Source of the DNA: Octopus sinensis
Lineage: Eukaryota
Direction of reading: 5' to 3'
Assembly (NCBI RefSeq): GCF_006345805.1
Contig: NC_043003.1
Coordinates: forward strand, 9,796,001 to 9,860,000
Length of the DNA stretch: 64,000 nt
The translations under genes and the position numbers were made by a program. Every line of letters starts with the position of its first letter. The stretch's first letter is position 1. Positions 1 through 12,397 of this stretch are shown one piece after another. Below the pieces are notes generated by a model that saw nothing but the letters and a program-made list of their open reading frames with translations, was not told where the DNA came from and ran no database searches.

Positions 1-204
1 AAGACGACCTAGGAATGCTCAATTTTTGGCGAACGACCTGCACAAAAGATGCCGTACATTAGTTCACTTTCTCAAAGAAATCGACATTTCCTGTACAAGG
101 GCACAGATGTCGAATTGAAATTTTTTCTCTCAATACTACTACGGAATCGAAATCTAACAATCGTGAATGCGAGACCCTATCCACTAGGCCACGCAATATA
201 TATA

Positions 205-394
205 GTGATAGATAGATAAATATGTAGGTAGGTAGCTAGCTAGAAAGAGAGAGAGAGAGAGAGAGCGAGTGACATAGATAGATAGATAAATAGACAGACA
301 GACATGGAGGGACATTGACAGAGATAGATACACAAATAGATGATAGATTGATAGACAGACAGACAGATAGATAGATAGATAGATAGATAGATAC

Positions 395-428
<34 letters not shown>

Positions 429-463
429 GGATAGATAGATAGATAGATATAGATAGATAGCCG

Positions 464-501
<38 letters not shown>

Positions 502-507
502 CAGATT

Positions 508-549
<42 letters not shown>

Positions 550-576
550 CAGATATATAGATAGATAGATAGATAT
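205..576. repeat. (GATA)n microsatellite, left flank of Tx1-like element
   Basis: Direct reading of tagatagat repeats; explains the YLSI-repeat ORFs. Confidence 0.95.
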
Positions 577-736
577 GTTTCTTTATTAGCCACACAGGGC
601 TGCACACAGATAGAACAAATTACAAGGTAGAGCTTTTCTTTTGAAGGTATTAAAAAAAAAAAAAAAAAAAAAAAAGGAAGGGGAGGTTCGATCAAAAGGG
701 ATCGTAAAAGGAGAGAAAGAGGACAAAAATAAGGGG

Positions 737-769
<33 letters not shown>

Positions 770-2560
770 GGGGAGAGGAAAAAAAATGATCAATAGGATC
801 GTTATCACAGAAATGTCAATATGAAGTGTAAAGGGGAGGACAGGTGAGGTTTACCCGTGGAAAGAAAAGCCTGCAGAAAAGACCACGGTAACCTCGGTCA
901 ATGAAGTCACATTTTATATTTCTTTTTTTTTTTTTTTTTTTTTTTTGCAAATAAGCAACTCTCTGTTTTCGATTTCTGGGTTCATAGGACTATGCTCAAG
1001 GTGGCTTCGTCATTCATACGTGCCATTCTTGCAACATTCACCCATCTTTTTTTAAAACATTCGCTAGACAAAACTTGCCTCTCTACTCTCACTTTCCTTT
1101 TCAAGTGGTACTTGAAGAAGTTGATGAGAGATTGACCAGAGAGGAAAGTGTTTGTCTCCAATCCTTTCAGACGCGTCCACCAGATACATTCTTTCGCCAT
1201 AGCCACAAGGATGATGAAAATAGCTCTTCCTTCCCGTTTGAAGGAAGGAGGCGTGACAATATTGACGATAGACTCAGCTGATAAACCGACTCGTCCCACA
1301 CGTGACAGCAGTTGTTCGACATAAGCCCACAGGTCGGAAATTGTTGGACACTGAACGAGTGCGTGCAGAACGGTTTCGTCGCTCTGACCGCATCTCGGGC
1401 AGGTCGGCCCCGTGTTTCTCGAGCCGTGTCTGTAGAGCTTATCCCGAACGGGTAGCGCTTCTCGGTAGCACTGCCAGGCCAGGGATCTCTGGAAGTTGTC
1501 CATGGGCCCTGGCCCGAAAGTCGTCCCGAACAGGCGGGTCAGGTACTCCTCGTCGACGTCCAGGTTCGCCCCGAGCTCGTCGTCGTACCTCCCCTCCACT
1601 AACCCCTATAGAATGCTTTGGTTGTGTTGAAGTCACTTAAGGTCGACCCAGGACGGCAGAGTTGCTTGAGAGCAACGCGACACTCGCGGTGCCATTCGCC
1701 CTTCCTCGGCCTCTTTTTGATCCACGACTGCAGTTCGTCATGGAGACGAGCTGCGGGAAAGCGTGCCTCACAAACGGCGACCACACCTGTTCACCGTCGT
1801 CTACATAGAGCCAGAGATGTCGCAGTCTCAGCGCGTGTCTGCGCATCATCAACCACGGCATGCCCAGCCCTCCTTTTAACGGGTGTTGACAGCAAATGGA
1901 TCGCCTGACCATCGGGACGCATCCTTTCCACAAGAAGCGAAAGAGGATGCGTTGTAGTTTGGTGATGGTAGGGTCGGGACAAGGTACGACGGTCAGGCGG
2001 TAGTAGATGACGGACGCGATGTACGTGTTCGCCACCTCCGCTCGACCTTTTAGGGACAGTTTCCTCTCGGCCCATTGCCGGGCGAGAGTGACCACCCTAC
2101 TCGTTATCTCGTTCCAGTTCTTCTCCACTTGGAGGTCCGGACCAAACCAGACCCCGAGCAACTCAACCGGGCCGTCGGTCCAGCGTCCCACGACGGAGGC
2201 GCTGGTGGACGGCATGGGCTTGCTTCTCCAGGTGCCTAGTCGCAAGCCCACTGACTTTTCCCGGTTGATTTTCGCTCCTGTCACCGCTTCGTAGTTTTTC
2301 AGTGTCTCGCCGACCAGCTCGATGTGCTCGTGGCTAGACACTATGACGGTGACGTCGTCCGCGTATGCAGACACGCTCGTCCCGCATCCCAATTCTCGCG
2401 GGATGCCCCTTAGAGTCGCCAGCTTCCGCAGTAGTGGCTCAAGAGTCAATACGTATAGAAGCGCCGAGAGGGGGCATCCCTGACGGACCGAACGTGCAAT
2501 GTCGAAAGGTCTCGATAGATGTCCATTTACGCGAATTACCGAACGGATGCCTCTGTACAC
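577..2560 (-). mobile_element. 5'-truncated L1/Tx1-clade non-LTR retrotransposon (RT + C-terminal zinc-binding region + 3' UTR)
   Basis: RT motifs VRQGCPLS and YADD, zf-RVT-like CPRCGQSDETVLHALVQC, T-rich 3' UTR ending AATAAAGAAAC on the minus strand. Confidence 0.92.
982..2560 (-). pseudogene. Tx1-like ORF2 remnant with two frameshifts (~1750 and ~1605)
   Basis: ORFs 1637-2560, 1599-1784 and 982-1599 join into one RT/zf-RVT reading if single bases are restored. Confidence 0.88.
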
Positions 2561-2570
2561 AGAGAGAGAG

Positions 2571-2652
<82 letters not shown>
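2561..2652. repeat. (GA)n/(GATA)n microsatellite, right flank of Tx1-like element
   Basis: Direct reading. Confidence 0.95.
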
Positions 2653-2653
<1 letters not shown>

Positions 2654-2711
2654 ATCTTAGCGTTACGTAATGTTATAGACAATCAATAATAGTTTATAAT
2701 TCTTGTTGCAA

Positions 2712-2880
2712 ACCAGCAGTTCCGAAAGAAGAGGGAAGTCAATTACATCGATCCTACTTACTCAACTGAGGCTTTTTCATTGACCCCGAATAATGAAAGA
2801 TGACATTTGATCTCAGAACGTGAGGTTGGAAGAAATGCCGCGGAGAATTGTGTTTAGTGAACTAACGATTCTGACAACTT
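2712..2880 (-). mobile_element. Degenerate SINE-A-related copy
   Basis: Residual motifs gtcaattacatcgatcc, gaccccgaa and tctcagaacgt. Confidence 0.5.
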
Positions 2881-3509
2881 GTGACCCTTTTTAGAAAATC
2901 AATAAAGATAAAAAGAAATACTTTTAAACAATACCTCAAAATTATATATAGGGCGTATGGCTCTCTTAATGAAAAAGGCAAGACTATCACGAAAAAATCA
3001 ATGCCACAGTAATATTTCGATTCGGGAGCATTTCCAGTATGTTCATCTAGTATGGTGTTTTGGGATTACCCCCTGTTTCTACACTTCCCACTGACCTACT
3101 AACTAAAGTATAAAATGTACAAAATCTAGGCCATCATCAAAGAGTAAGAAATATAATTACTCTACGTTTCGGAGGCAGAGTGAAAGCTTTGAACCTAATG
3201 ATCCATTTGATGTTTCTTGTAGGGTATCAAATAAGGTCCTTTGTGTTTGACAGGATAATCGCTGACCGTGTGCAAGATGTACTGGCTACATGGCAAAACT
3301 TTGACCAGTAGCGTGTCTTTGGCTATCAGATCTCTGATCTATCTTATTCTAATATATTTTGTGCAAAGTCTTTACGTGTACAGTAGATCATGATATCATT
3401 ATGGCTTTATATCACCTTTAAAGAACTGTGTGTTTCTGTGAGATAAATATAAAATGTTTATTGAGAGATAATAAATCTCTGAGCGAGGTATACACAGTAG
3501 CTGCACGAT

Positions 3510-3704
3510 ATCGTGAAGTACCTTTGCCACTTAAATGTGGCTAAGGTTGAAGATAGGAAGGATGACTTTCCTTTGAAAATACTGATAGGGCACAGAAAGT
3601 GTGTCAATAGCCAGCTGGTGGAGGTGTCCTCCTGGAGCTACAAGCTACAGTAGCATCCAGCCTTAAGGGTTAGCCACATTTAAGTGGCTAATATACTTCA
3701 CGAT
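3510..3704. mobile_element. Small MITE-like element with terminal inverted repeats
   Basis: gccacttaaatgtggctaa (3526-3544) is the reverse complement of 3670-3688; atcgtgaagta/tacttcacgat extends the arms. Confidence 0.65.
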
Positions 3705-4560
3705 TTATTGAGGGATATTTAAAGAAATATTTCTCCCATTTACTCTATCACTCAATATACATATATGTGCAAGCATAGTTGTTTGTATGTATGTGTGTCT
3801 TTCGGAAATTGAACACTATAGACATAGAGTAATAGGAATAAACACACATACGCATGTGTGCACACACTTATAGGGAGATGGATGGATGGAAGGACAGATA
3901 GGGAGTGAGAGAGAGTTCTGTTTGTGTGTATGTGTGCAGTATGCTGGTATTCATCAATACACTCGAAGGTGAAAATAATGAATAATCTACTTACGATTGA
4001 GATTAATAAATATAGAAAATAAGTAATAATTCGATAAATAATCATCGGAAGAAATTTAATTATCGGTAAAACTTGATTTAAGTTATTAAAACTGTTGTCA
4101 GTGTTAAATTCATAAAGCTTTCTGTTTCCGCAATAAAATTTTGTCGACGTCATTTACGGAAATTTTCCAGTTAGAGGTGAAGCCATATAATTTAATTTAT
4201 AATTTCGAAGTATGTACGGGAGTAATACAACGGAAAACTACCAAATTGAAAGAGCTATGAAATAATTTATTTGAAATTAATGACACACGATCCTTTACTC
4301 ACTCGGTATTTAACATTAACATAAATCAAATTTAGGTTAAATAGATAGACAAAAACCAAATAGTTTGTTAATACTAATGCACTGTACGACCTTTTTTGGA
4401 TCGCTTGAAATATAATGTATACCTTAATTTGAGAATCATAAAATTTTAATTACACAGTAAAATATAAACAAAGGGGTTACACCAACGATTTTTATTCCTT
4501 TGTAGACGGAAGTGAGTTTATTCTGACTAATTTGTTTTTTATTCGTGTTAGAGTTTCGCT

Positions 4561-5417
4561 GGAATAAAAAAAAAATTTCTGTCTCAGGTAAAATGTACCA
4601 ATACCAACGATTTCATCTGGTGGTATTATGGGTAATCGATTCGTTGTGAGAAAAGGATAATAAAAGACAAATCAATTTAAAATGGTCTTGATCTGAGCAT
4701 TTGACGGACGGACAGAGAGAAACACAGCTCGTATTATAATATAGATTTCATACAAAACTGGACACAGCTAAATGTATTCTTTTACTCTTTTACTCTTTTA
4801 CTTGTTTCAGTCCTTTGACTGCGGCCATGCTGGAACACCGCCTTTAATCGCGCAACTCGATCACGGGACTTATTCTTTTTTGTCAGCCCAGTACTTATTC
4901 TATCGGTCTCTTTTACCGAACCGCTTAGTAACGGGGACATAAACTCACCAGCATCGGTTGTCAAGCAATGCTAGGGGGACAAACACAGACACACAAACAC
5001 ACACGCATATATATATATATATACATATATACGACAGGCTTCTTTCAGTTTCCGTCTACCAAATCCACTCACAAGGCTTTGGTCGGCCCGAGGCTATAGT
5101 AGAAGACACTTGCCCAAGGTGCCACGCAGTGGGACTGAACCCGGAACCATGTGGTTGGTAAGCAAGCTACTTACCACACAGCCACTCCTTCGTTGGAAAA
5201 AAAGAATAATTTCTGTCTCGGATAAAATGTACCAATACCAACGATTTCATCCGGTGGTGGTATGGGTAATCGATTCTTTGTGAGAAAAAGATAATAAAAA
5301 ACAAATCAATTTAAATTGTTCCTGATCTGAGCATTTGATGGACGGACGGACAGAGAGAGACACACAGCTCGTATTATAATATAGATTTCATACAAAACTG
5401 GACACAGCTAAATGTAT
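4561..5417. repeat. ~215-bp imperfect direct repeats (4561-4777, 5195-5417) flanking a SINE-B
   Basis: Both copies run atttctgtctc...gctcgtattataatatagatttcatacaaaactggacacagctaaatgtat. Confidence 0.85.
4778..5189 (-). mobile_element. SINE-B, full length (tRNA-like head, internal TA/TG microsatellite, (GTAAAAGA)n-like tail)
   Basis: Minus strand begins aggagtggctgtgtggtaagtagcttgcttaccaaccacatggttccgggttcagtccc (A/B-box-like); multiple copies in the window. Confidence 0.9.
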
Positions 5418-5824
5418 CTGTATAATTTGTGTATATGCTGTGTGTTTTTCAAAGCATACGTAACATAGATTGCAGTAACATCAGATCAAATGAAATATGA
5501 CTCGAAACGCATTGAGTTTACAAAACTATTTATGTCTAACACTTTGTTATAAATTTTTTTGTCGCACTCCAGAAGCGGGGATTTTCTGTTAGTTTTTACT
5601 TTGATCATTTTCATTACTTTTTTTTTTACCAACATCTTTTGTCTTGTATAAGATATAACAGTATCTCTCTCAATATTTTCTTCATGTTTCTTACAAACAA
5701 CATACAAACTTTGTCTTTGATAACACAGTTTCTTAGTGTAAATTGTTTTGCTATTAGCTACATTGTTTTGGAAAAATCGGTATTACACTAATAATGTTCG
5801 TTTCTGATATTTTCCCAATCATTC

Positions 5825-5827
<3 letters not shown>

Positions 5828-5887
<60 letters not shown>

Positions 5888-5974
5888 CATATATATATGT
5901 ATGTATATATATATGTATATATTATATGTGTATATATATGTATATATATATATATATGTATATATATAGATATG

Positions 5975-6023
<49 letters not shown>

Positions 6024-6191
6024 GTATATATATATGTATATATATATATTATATATATATGTATATATATATAGTATATATATATATATGTTATATATAT
6101 ATATATGTATATATAATATATATATGTATAATATATATATGTATATATTATATATATATATGTATATATATGTATATATATGTATATATAT

Positions 6192-6239
<48 letters not shown>

Positions 6240-6255
6240 ATGTGTATATATAATA

Positions 6256-6298
<43 letters not shown>

Positions 6299-6343
6299 AC
6301 ATATATATATATGTATATATAATATATGTATATATATATATAT

Positions 6344-6408
<65 letters not shown>

Positions 6409-6463
6409 GTATATATATATATATATATTATATATATATATATATATGTATATATTATATGTG

Positions 6464-6495
<32 letters not shown>

Positions 6496-6742
6496 TATTA
6501 TATAAAAGGGCTTAGTAAAATAAATTCTTTGCCGCATACTAAGCCCTTTTATATAATGTAATAATTTGAATTCGCCTTGAATGGTCCCTTTGCATACTGA
6601 ACACTTGGTGAAATTGATTAATAATTAATTAATTTTGCCCTCAATTGTTGAAAATATATATATATATATATATATGTTATATATATGTATATATATATAT
6701 ATATGTGTATATATATATATATATATAATATATATGTATATA

Positions 6743-6790
<48 letters not shown>
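5828..6790. repeat. Long (TA)n/(TATG)n microsatellite complex
   Basis: Direct reading; source of the IYIY ORFs. Confidence 0.95.
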
Positions 6791-7991
6791 TATTACACAT
6801 ACTTACATGCAAACATACATGCACATATGTCTACATGTGCATGCCTCTCTTCTCGCTCTTTTGTTTGTGTGCATATATAATTGTGTGATATATAACTATT
6901 TTTTATGCTTGCTTTCATGTATGTACATTTAGCTGTGAAGAAATGCGCACTTACACACACACACACACACATGTCCTTATAAACGCTGTGTCAGTCGTTC
7001 TTGTCTAGTACCTGATCAATCTCGATCAAGCAGTTCTATGATCAAACGACATTCTAATCATGACCAACGCGTCTCATCTATTAGACACAGTTGGTGACAG
7101 ACCACCTTTCATAATAAAACCATTTTGAGGCAGTAAGTATGTTTCTAGAGATATTTTAATTGCATATGTGTGACCGCACATAAAATTGTTTCAAAGCACT
7201 CAATATAAGATGCTGATTTTGTTGTATAGCAGTGATACGTAGAAGAATTCAATGGAAATGGTAAAATCAAGCAAGCTAGTTATACTAAATATCAAACAGA
7301 CATCATTGGTTGTATTTTTCACTTGGTTAACTTCTTTGACAAGATGCACAAATCTATTCTTAGAATGTTCTTAACAGGAATTATATAACTACATAGTATT
7401 CAACATTTTATTTGCTTTCTACTTTGTTTATATGTGCATATCTGTAATATTATATATGTGTATATGTTTATAACTGCGGCGGCCATCGTTATGTCATGCT
7501 GGAGATGAAGAATCCATTTATAACTTCATACAACTAATTATTTATATTGACGTCTGAAGATATTGAATATAGCCGTAAATGGACAGGAAAAACCATCCTA
7601 TTGATTTTTGTAACACCGCCTTAAGTCCGTGACTTCTTAGGGCAAGTATAAAGCTAGTGACACTTTAAATGATATTGAACAATGGTACATAATCAAAGTT
7701 GCAATCACTAATACTCTGAAAGCAACTGCAACTGAGACAATAATAACAAAGAAAGCTGGCTGCATTCCTAACTCCACGTGAAGTCATGACTATGGCAAAA
7801 GACTTACAAAAGAATTGCATAAGTAGTTAATATTCAAAGAACTATTATTCTGATGTTGTCATATGGATTTTTTTAATGTAGAACTGGAAGAATCCGTAAC
7901 ATTCTCTCAGAACTGAATGCAACAAGAACATCAAGAATACTCATACCTAACACGCCCACCACCATCGTCGTTATATCTAGTAACTCTCTCT

Positions 7992-8384
7992 CTCTTTTAC
8001 CTGTTTCCGTCATTTTACTGCGGCCATGCTGGAGCATTGCATTTAGTTGAGCAAATCGACCCCAGGACTTAATCTTTGTAAGCCTAGTACTTATTCTATC
8101 GGTCTCTTTTGCCGAACCAGTAAGTTACGGGTACGTAAACTCACCAGCATCGGTTGTCAAGCGATGATGGCGGGGACAAACACAGACACACAAATACACA
8201 CATACACATATATATACATATATACGATGGGCTTCTTTCAGTTTCCGTCTACCAAATCCACTCACAAGGCTTTGGTCGGCCCGATGCTATAGTAGAAGAC
8301 ACTTGCCCAAGGTACCACGCAGTGGGATTGAACCCGGAACTATGTGGTTGGTAAGCAAGCTACTTACCACACAGCCACTCCTGC
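7992..8384 (-). mobile_element. SINE-B, full length
   Basis: Colinear with 4778-5189. Confidence 0.9.
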
Positions 8385-8941
8385 AACAACCAAATATAAA
8401 ACAATATAAAAATAATCGTGTTCTTAATTACTTTTTATGGGCTCCAGTGGCCTCTTAAACATTAAAATACAAGGATGAAACAGTGTTCTTGTGAAATATA
8501 AATACAATAAAAAGGCACACAGGTATGCAGATATAATTAGAGGTCACCACCTGGTAAGCATCAGGGAGTCATAAACGATAAATCCCCTTCAGCACTCTAC
8601 AATTTCATGCTCCCACGCGCCAGGATTCTTCAGGTATAATTCAAATACCACAGACATATTTAAATCTTTCCTTTCCTGAATATACTTGAGTGTCATCTCC
8701 CTTCCAGACCTAATCGTCTGCTTCAATAATTCGTCGACTGTTTGACCCACATGATTAAGTGTCAACCATTCAAATATATTCTCTTACATTATAGCCACCA
8801 GATAGAAAATACTTCATAACTTGTCCTTGACAAAGGAAGGTGTAGAAATCATCACAGAATTCGTATTGGACAATGAGTGCCTTTCTACTTGCAATAATAG
8901 CCGTTCGAAATAGTCCCATGTCACGAATACTCGGAGAATGA

Positions 8942-9289
8942 ACGAGTCCAGGATTTTTTCACTTTGACCGGCAAATTTTAAAAATAATTTCTTTGTAACT
9001 AGACACTTTTAAACTTCGTATACTGGTAGAATGTGTCACATAAAACATCTTTTTTCTCTTGTCAGTAATTGTATTCACCTAAATAGACGTCATTGATTGG
9101 TTGAAATTTCCGAAATACGAGAAATTAAACAAGAAATAATTCACAAACTACGGAAATTTCTCAAGAACACCAAGAGAAAAAGATATTTTATGTGACACAT
9201 TCTACCAGTATACGAAGTTTAAAAGTGTTTAGTTACAAAGAAATTATTTTTAAAATCTGCCGGTCAAAGTGAAAAGATCCCGAGTCCGT
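8942..9289. mobile_element. MITE with ~110-bp terminal inverted repeats
   Basis: ttcactttgaccggcaaattttaaaaataatttctttgtaact...aaaacatctttttctctt is mirrored by 9170-9281. Confidence 0.85.
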
Positions 9290-9593
9290 GATGCACAGTT
9301 ACGTTTCTCTCAAGAGATTTCGAACAAACCGGACTGACATCTTCGCACCTGTAAATCTCAGTTATCTTGACAGGGCATACAATAAATTGTACAATATATT
9401 GTTTGCCTCAGCGAATAGCAAATCAAATGTAAATAACAGATGGATATATATAAAACAAGAAAAGAAGCCGACTTAAAGTAAACCATCGCTGCGGGAAACA
9501 CTAATTTTATCTTAGTTTTTCCTTAATATGAAACCATTCACCAGCCAGCCCGGTGAACAAGTCCATGATTGTTACAGGGATGTTTTATCTGAT

Positions 9594-10009
9594 GGCGGCG
9601 AGCTGGCAGAAACGTTAGTGTGCCGGGTGAAATGCTCGGCAGTATTTCGTGTGCCGTTACGCTCTGAGTTCTAATTTCGCCAAGGTCGCCTTTGCCTTTC
9701 ATCCTTTCGGGGTCGATAAATTAAGCACCAGTTACGCACTGGGGTTGATGTAATCGACTTAATCCGTTTGTATGTCCTTGTTTGTCCTCTCTGTGTTTAG
9801 CCCCTTGAGGGTAGTAAAGAAATAGGTATTTCGTCTGCTGCTACGTTCTGAGTTCAAATTCCGCCGAGGTCGACTTTGCCTTTCATCCTTTCGGGGTCGA
9901 TAAATTAAGCACCAGTTACGCACTGGGGTTGATGTAATCGATTTAATCAGTTTGTTTGTCCTTGTTTGTCCCTCTGTGTTTAGCCCCTTGTGGGTAATAA
10001 AGAAATAGG
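9594..10009 (+). mobile_element. SINE-A dimer (tail1 + tail1), junction at 9826
   Basis: Head ggcggcgagctggcagaaacgttag, B-box-like gagttcaaattcc; second unit restarts at gtatttcgtctg. Confidence 0.9.
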
Positions 10010-10747
10010 AATGTTTTGTCTGTATGCATAATTCAGACTGGAAGGTAGAGGTAGGTACGCTGTCCCGAAAATAGACGTGATGGTCACTGATTCAAATGAT
10101 TTTGATAGCAGATGTTCTGAATCATTGGATCGGAATCCAAATAATAACTGTCATGATGGTATCCAGCACATTAATTTCCAAAAGAATCATGAGAGGTCTA
10201 AGTAATTGAACAGAAATAACTGCCCATAACATATCAATCTCGATGGAACAAGAGAAACGGCTTTTGAAGCTATCAACCGACAAACAATCCTATAATATAA
10301 TGGATGAATGCAACTGAGATTCCCATGCGATGTGAACATTTTTCCACATAAATAAGCTGAGATAACAATATGTTGAATAATCTAATTTACTAGCTATGGC
10401 TGTACTGTGAGAACTCTGGGCTGACCCTAATGCTGTAGATCTCTACACTCACAAATTCACTAAAAATTGCCAAAAGAAAAATATGCAAGATAAGATCAAT
10501 AAAAAAGGGAGATGTAATTTTCAGTGAGATTAGATTAGGAATAACATTGTAATTTGAAAACATAAACGCGGAGATTGTATAAGGAATGTATAATATTGAG
10601 CCAAAAATAGGTATTCTTAAAGTGAAATAAAAAACATAAAAAACAGTTCCCGGCCAAAACAAGAAAAAATAAAAGGTTTTAATTTTGTGAGTGCTGACTC
10701 TTCTACAAAGGGAAGCATCTGGAACCCCATAATATTAATAGGATTTA

Positions 10748-10979
10748 AGGCGGCGAGCTGGCAGAAATGTTAGCACGTCGGACGAAATACGTAGCCGTAT
10801 TTCGTCTGCCGTTACGTCCTGAGTTCAAATTCCACCGAGGTCGACTTTGCCTTTAATCCTTTCGGGGTCGATAAATTAAGTACTAGTTACGCACTGGAGT
10901 CGATGTAATCGACTTAATCCGTTTGTCTGTGCTTGTTTGTCCTCTCTGTGTTTAGCCCCTTGTGGGTAGTAAAGAAACA
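10748..10979 (+). mobile_element. SINE-A monomer (tail1) with 17-bp TSD
   Basis: TSD aatattaataggattta at 10731-10747 and 10980-10996. Confidence 0.93.
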
Positions 10980-11671
10980 AATATTAATAGGATTTACAAG
11001 TTTTTTTATTAATCGGAATTACGAGACGAAATATCAACAATTTTAAGGGAAGGGAATTTGAACATCGAATTCGGAAGGATTAAAAACAAAGTTAAACTAA
11101 GCGTAATTTGAACTCAGAGCGCAAAGAGCCGAAATAGGTGTAAATATCTCAAGGCATTTTGTCCGACGTTCAATTGATTCCAGTGATGTAGCGCCTAACA
11201 ACCGCACACACATATACAGAGACACACACACACATTCGTGTTTTTTACATTAATTTGATGCGTTACTCTTTACTTTTGTAGCGTACACAAATTCATTGTT
11301 CTTATACGGCCAGCTAACCCATTAAGAGTGTGTGTGTGTGTGTGTGTGTGTGGAAGAGGGACACACAGAACTCAAAAAGGGTGTTACGTAAATGGTGCGA
11401 ACATGAAGATAGTAGTTACGCGGTTGTGGATTATGAAGATATGCACATATTGGTGAGGAGGTGTGAGGAAGAGGGTGTGAGATGGATGACAGTGCCAATG
11501 CAGGATGAAATGATAAGTGTGTGATAAGTAAGGAAGGAATTGTAATTGGAAATGGGTGATGAAGGACAGGTAAGTGATGCTGGCGGATGGGGCCGTTAGC
11601 ATCGCTTTCATATTATCATTTTTTTCATTTAATAATTCATTGCTCATAATTTTAATTATAATGTTCTATGT

Positions 11672-11729
11672 CCCCAATGTTTTGTTATGTCCCCTCTTCG
11701 TCGCCCCTTGTGGGTAATAAAGAAATAGT
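11672..11729 (+). mobile_element. SINE-A tail1 fragment followed by (GT)n
   Basis: gccccttgtgggtaataaagaaatag. Confidence 0.65.
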
Positions 11730-11739
11730 GTGTGTGTGT

Positions 11740-11770
<31 letters not shown>

Positions 11771-12194
11771 CGAGCGTGCGTGTGCGTGTGCGTGTGTGTG
11801 TGAAGGCAAGAATGTTTGCTGACAGGTACAGAAAAGACACCAACACAAGATGGTTTGAATCAGAAGATGTAAAGATTACGAAACATTTAATTGTTGTCAT
11901 TTGCTCCATGTCTGACATGATTATACGCGTTCCACTTCTGATCATCGACTATAAACTACGTTTATACATTGTTAAATGCTGTTCCTTTCTACAACACCAG
12001 GCTGGTATTTGAGGGCAGTTTCGCCGCTATGTCTTGCAGAACACGCGGCTAAGTCCGGCCTCTTTGTTTCAACGTGTGTTGCTAAAACTAAACGGTTATG
12101 AAAGATATGCAAAAAGATAGATTACTAAAATGACTTCGACATTATGCTGTACTCATTACAGAGTGGATGGGGCGCATATTATAAAACAAACTCT

Positions 12195-12385
12195 AATATT
12201 GGTTTCAAATTTTGACACAAGGCCAGCAATTTCGGAGGTGGGAGTAAGTCAGTTACATCGACCCCCAACCTTTGGCTGGTACTTATTTTATCTATTTCTT
12301 TACTACCCACAAGGGGCTAAACACAGAGAGGACAAACAAGGACAGACAAACGAGGACAGACAGGATAACAGAGAGGGGACAATAC
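12195..12385 (-). mobile_element. Nested SINE-A-family 3' fragments
   Basis: Older tail (tttcaaattttgacacaaggccagcaattt) interrupted by a tail1 fragment (tatttctttactacccacaagggg). Confidence 0.7.
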
Positions 12386-12397
12386 ATAAAACGAATA

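Noticed and set aside
1302-1908. Plus-strand ORFs overlapping the Tx1 RT
   Set aside because: Antisense shadows of GC-rich retroelement coding sequence.
5794-6561. 255-aa IY-rich ORF and similar ORFs (YLSI, HTYI, MYVC, poly-E/K/N) across the window
   Set aside because: Translations of (TA)n, (GATA)n, (TACA)n, (GAA)n and (AAT)n microsatellites; no coding signal.
7640-7900. Possible RTE-like inter-domain remnant (WYIIKVAITNTL)
   Set aside because: Only vague resemblance, with multiple stops.
8600-8830. Possible Tc1/maT transposase C-terminal remnant (QTVDELLKQTIR) on minus strand
   Set aside because: Too short and broken to support.
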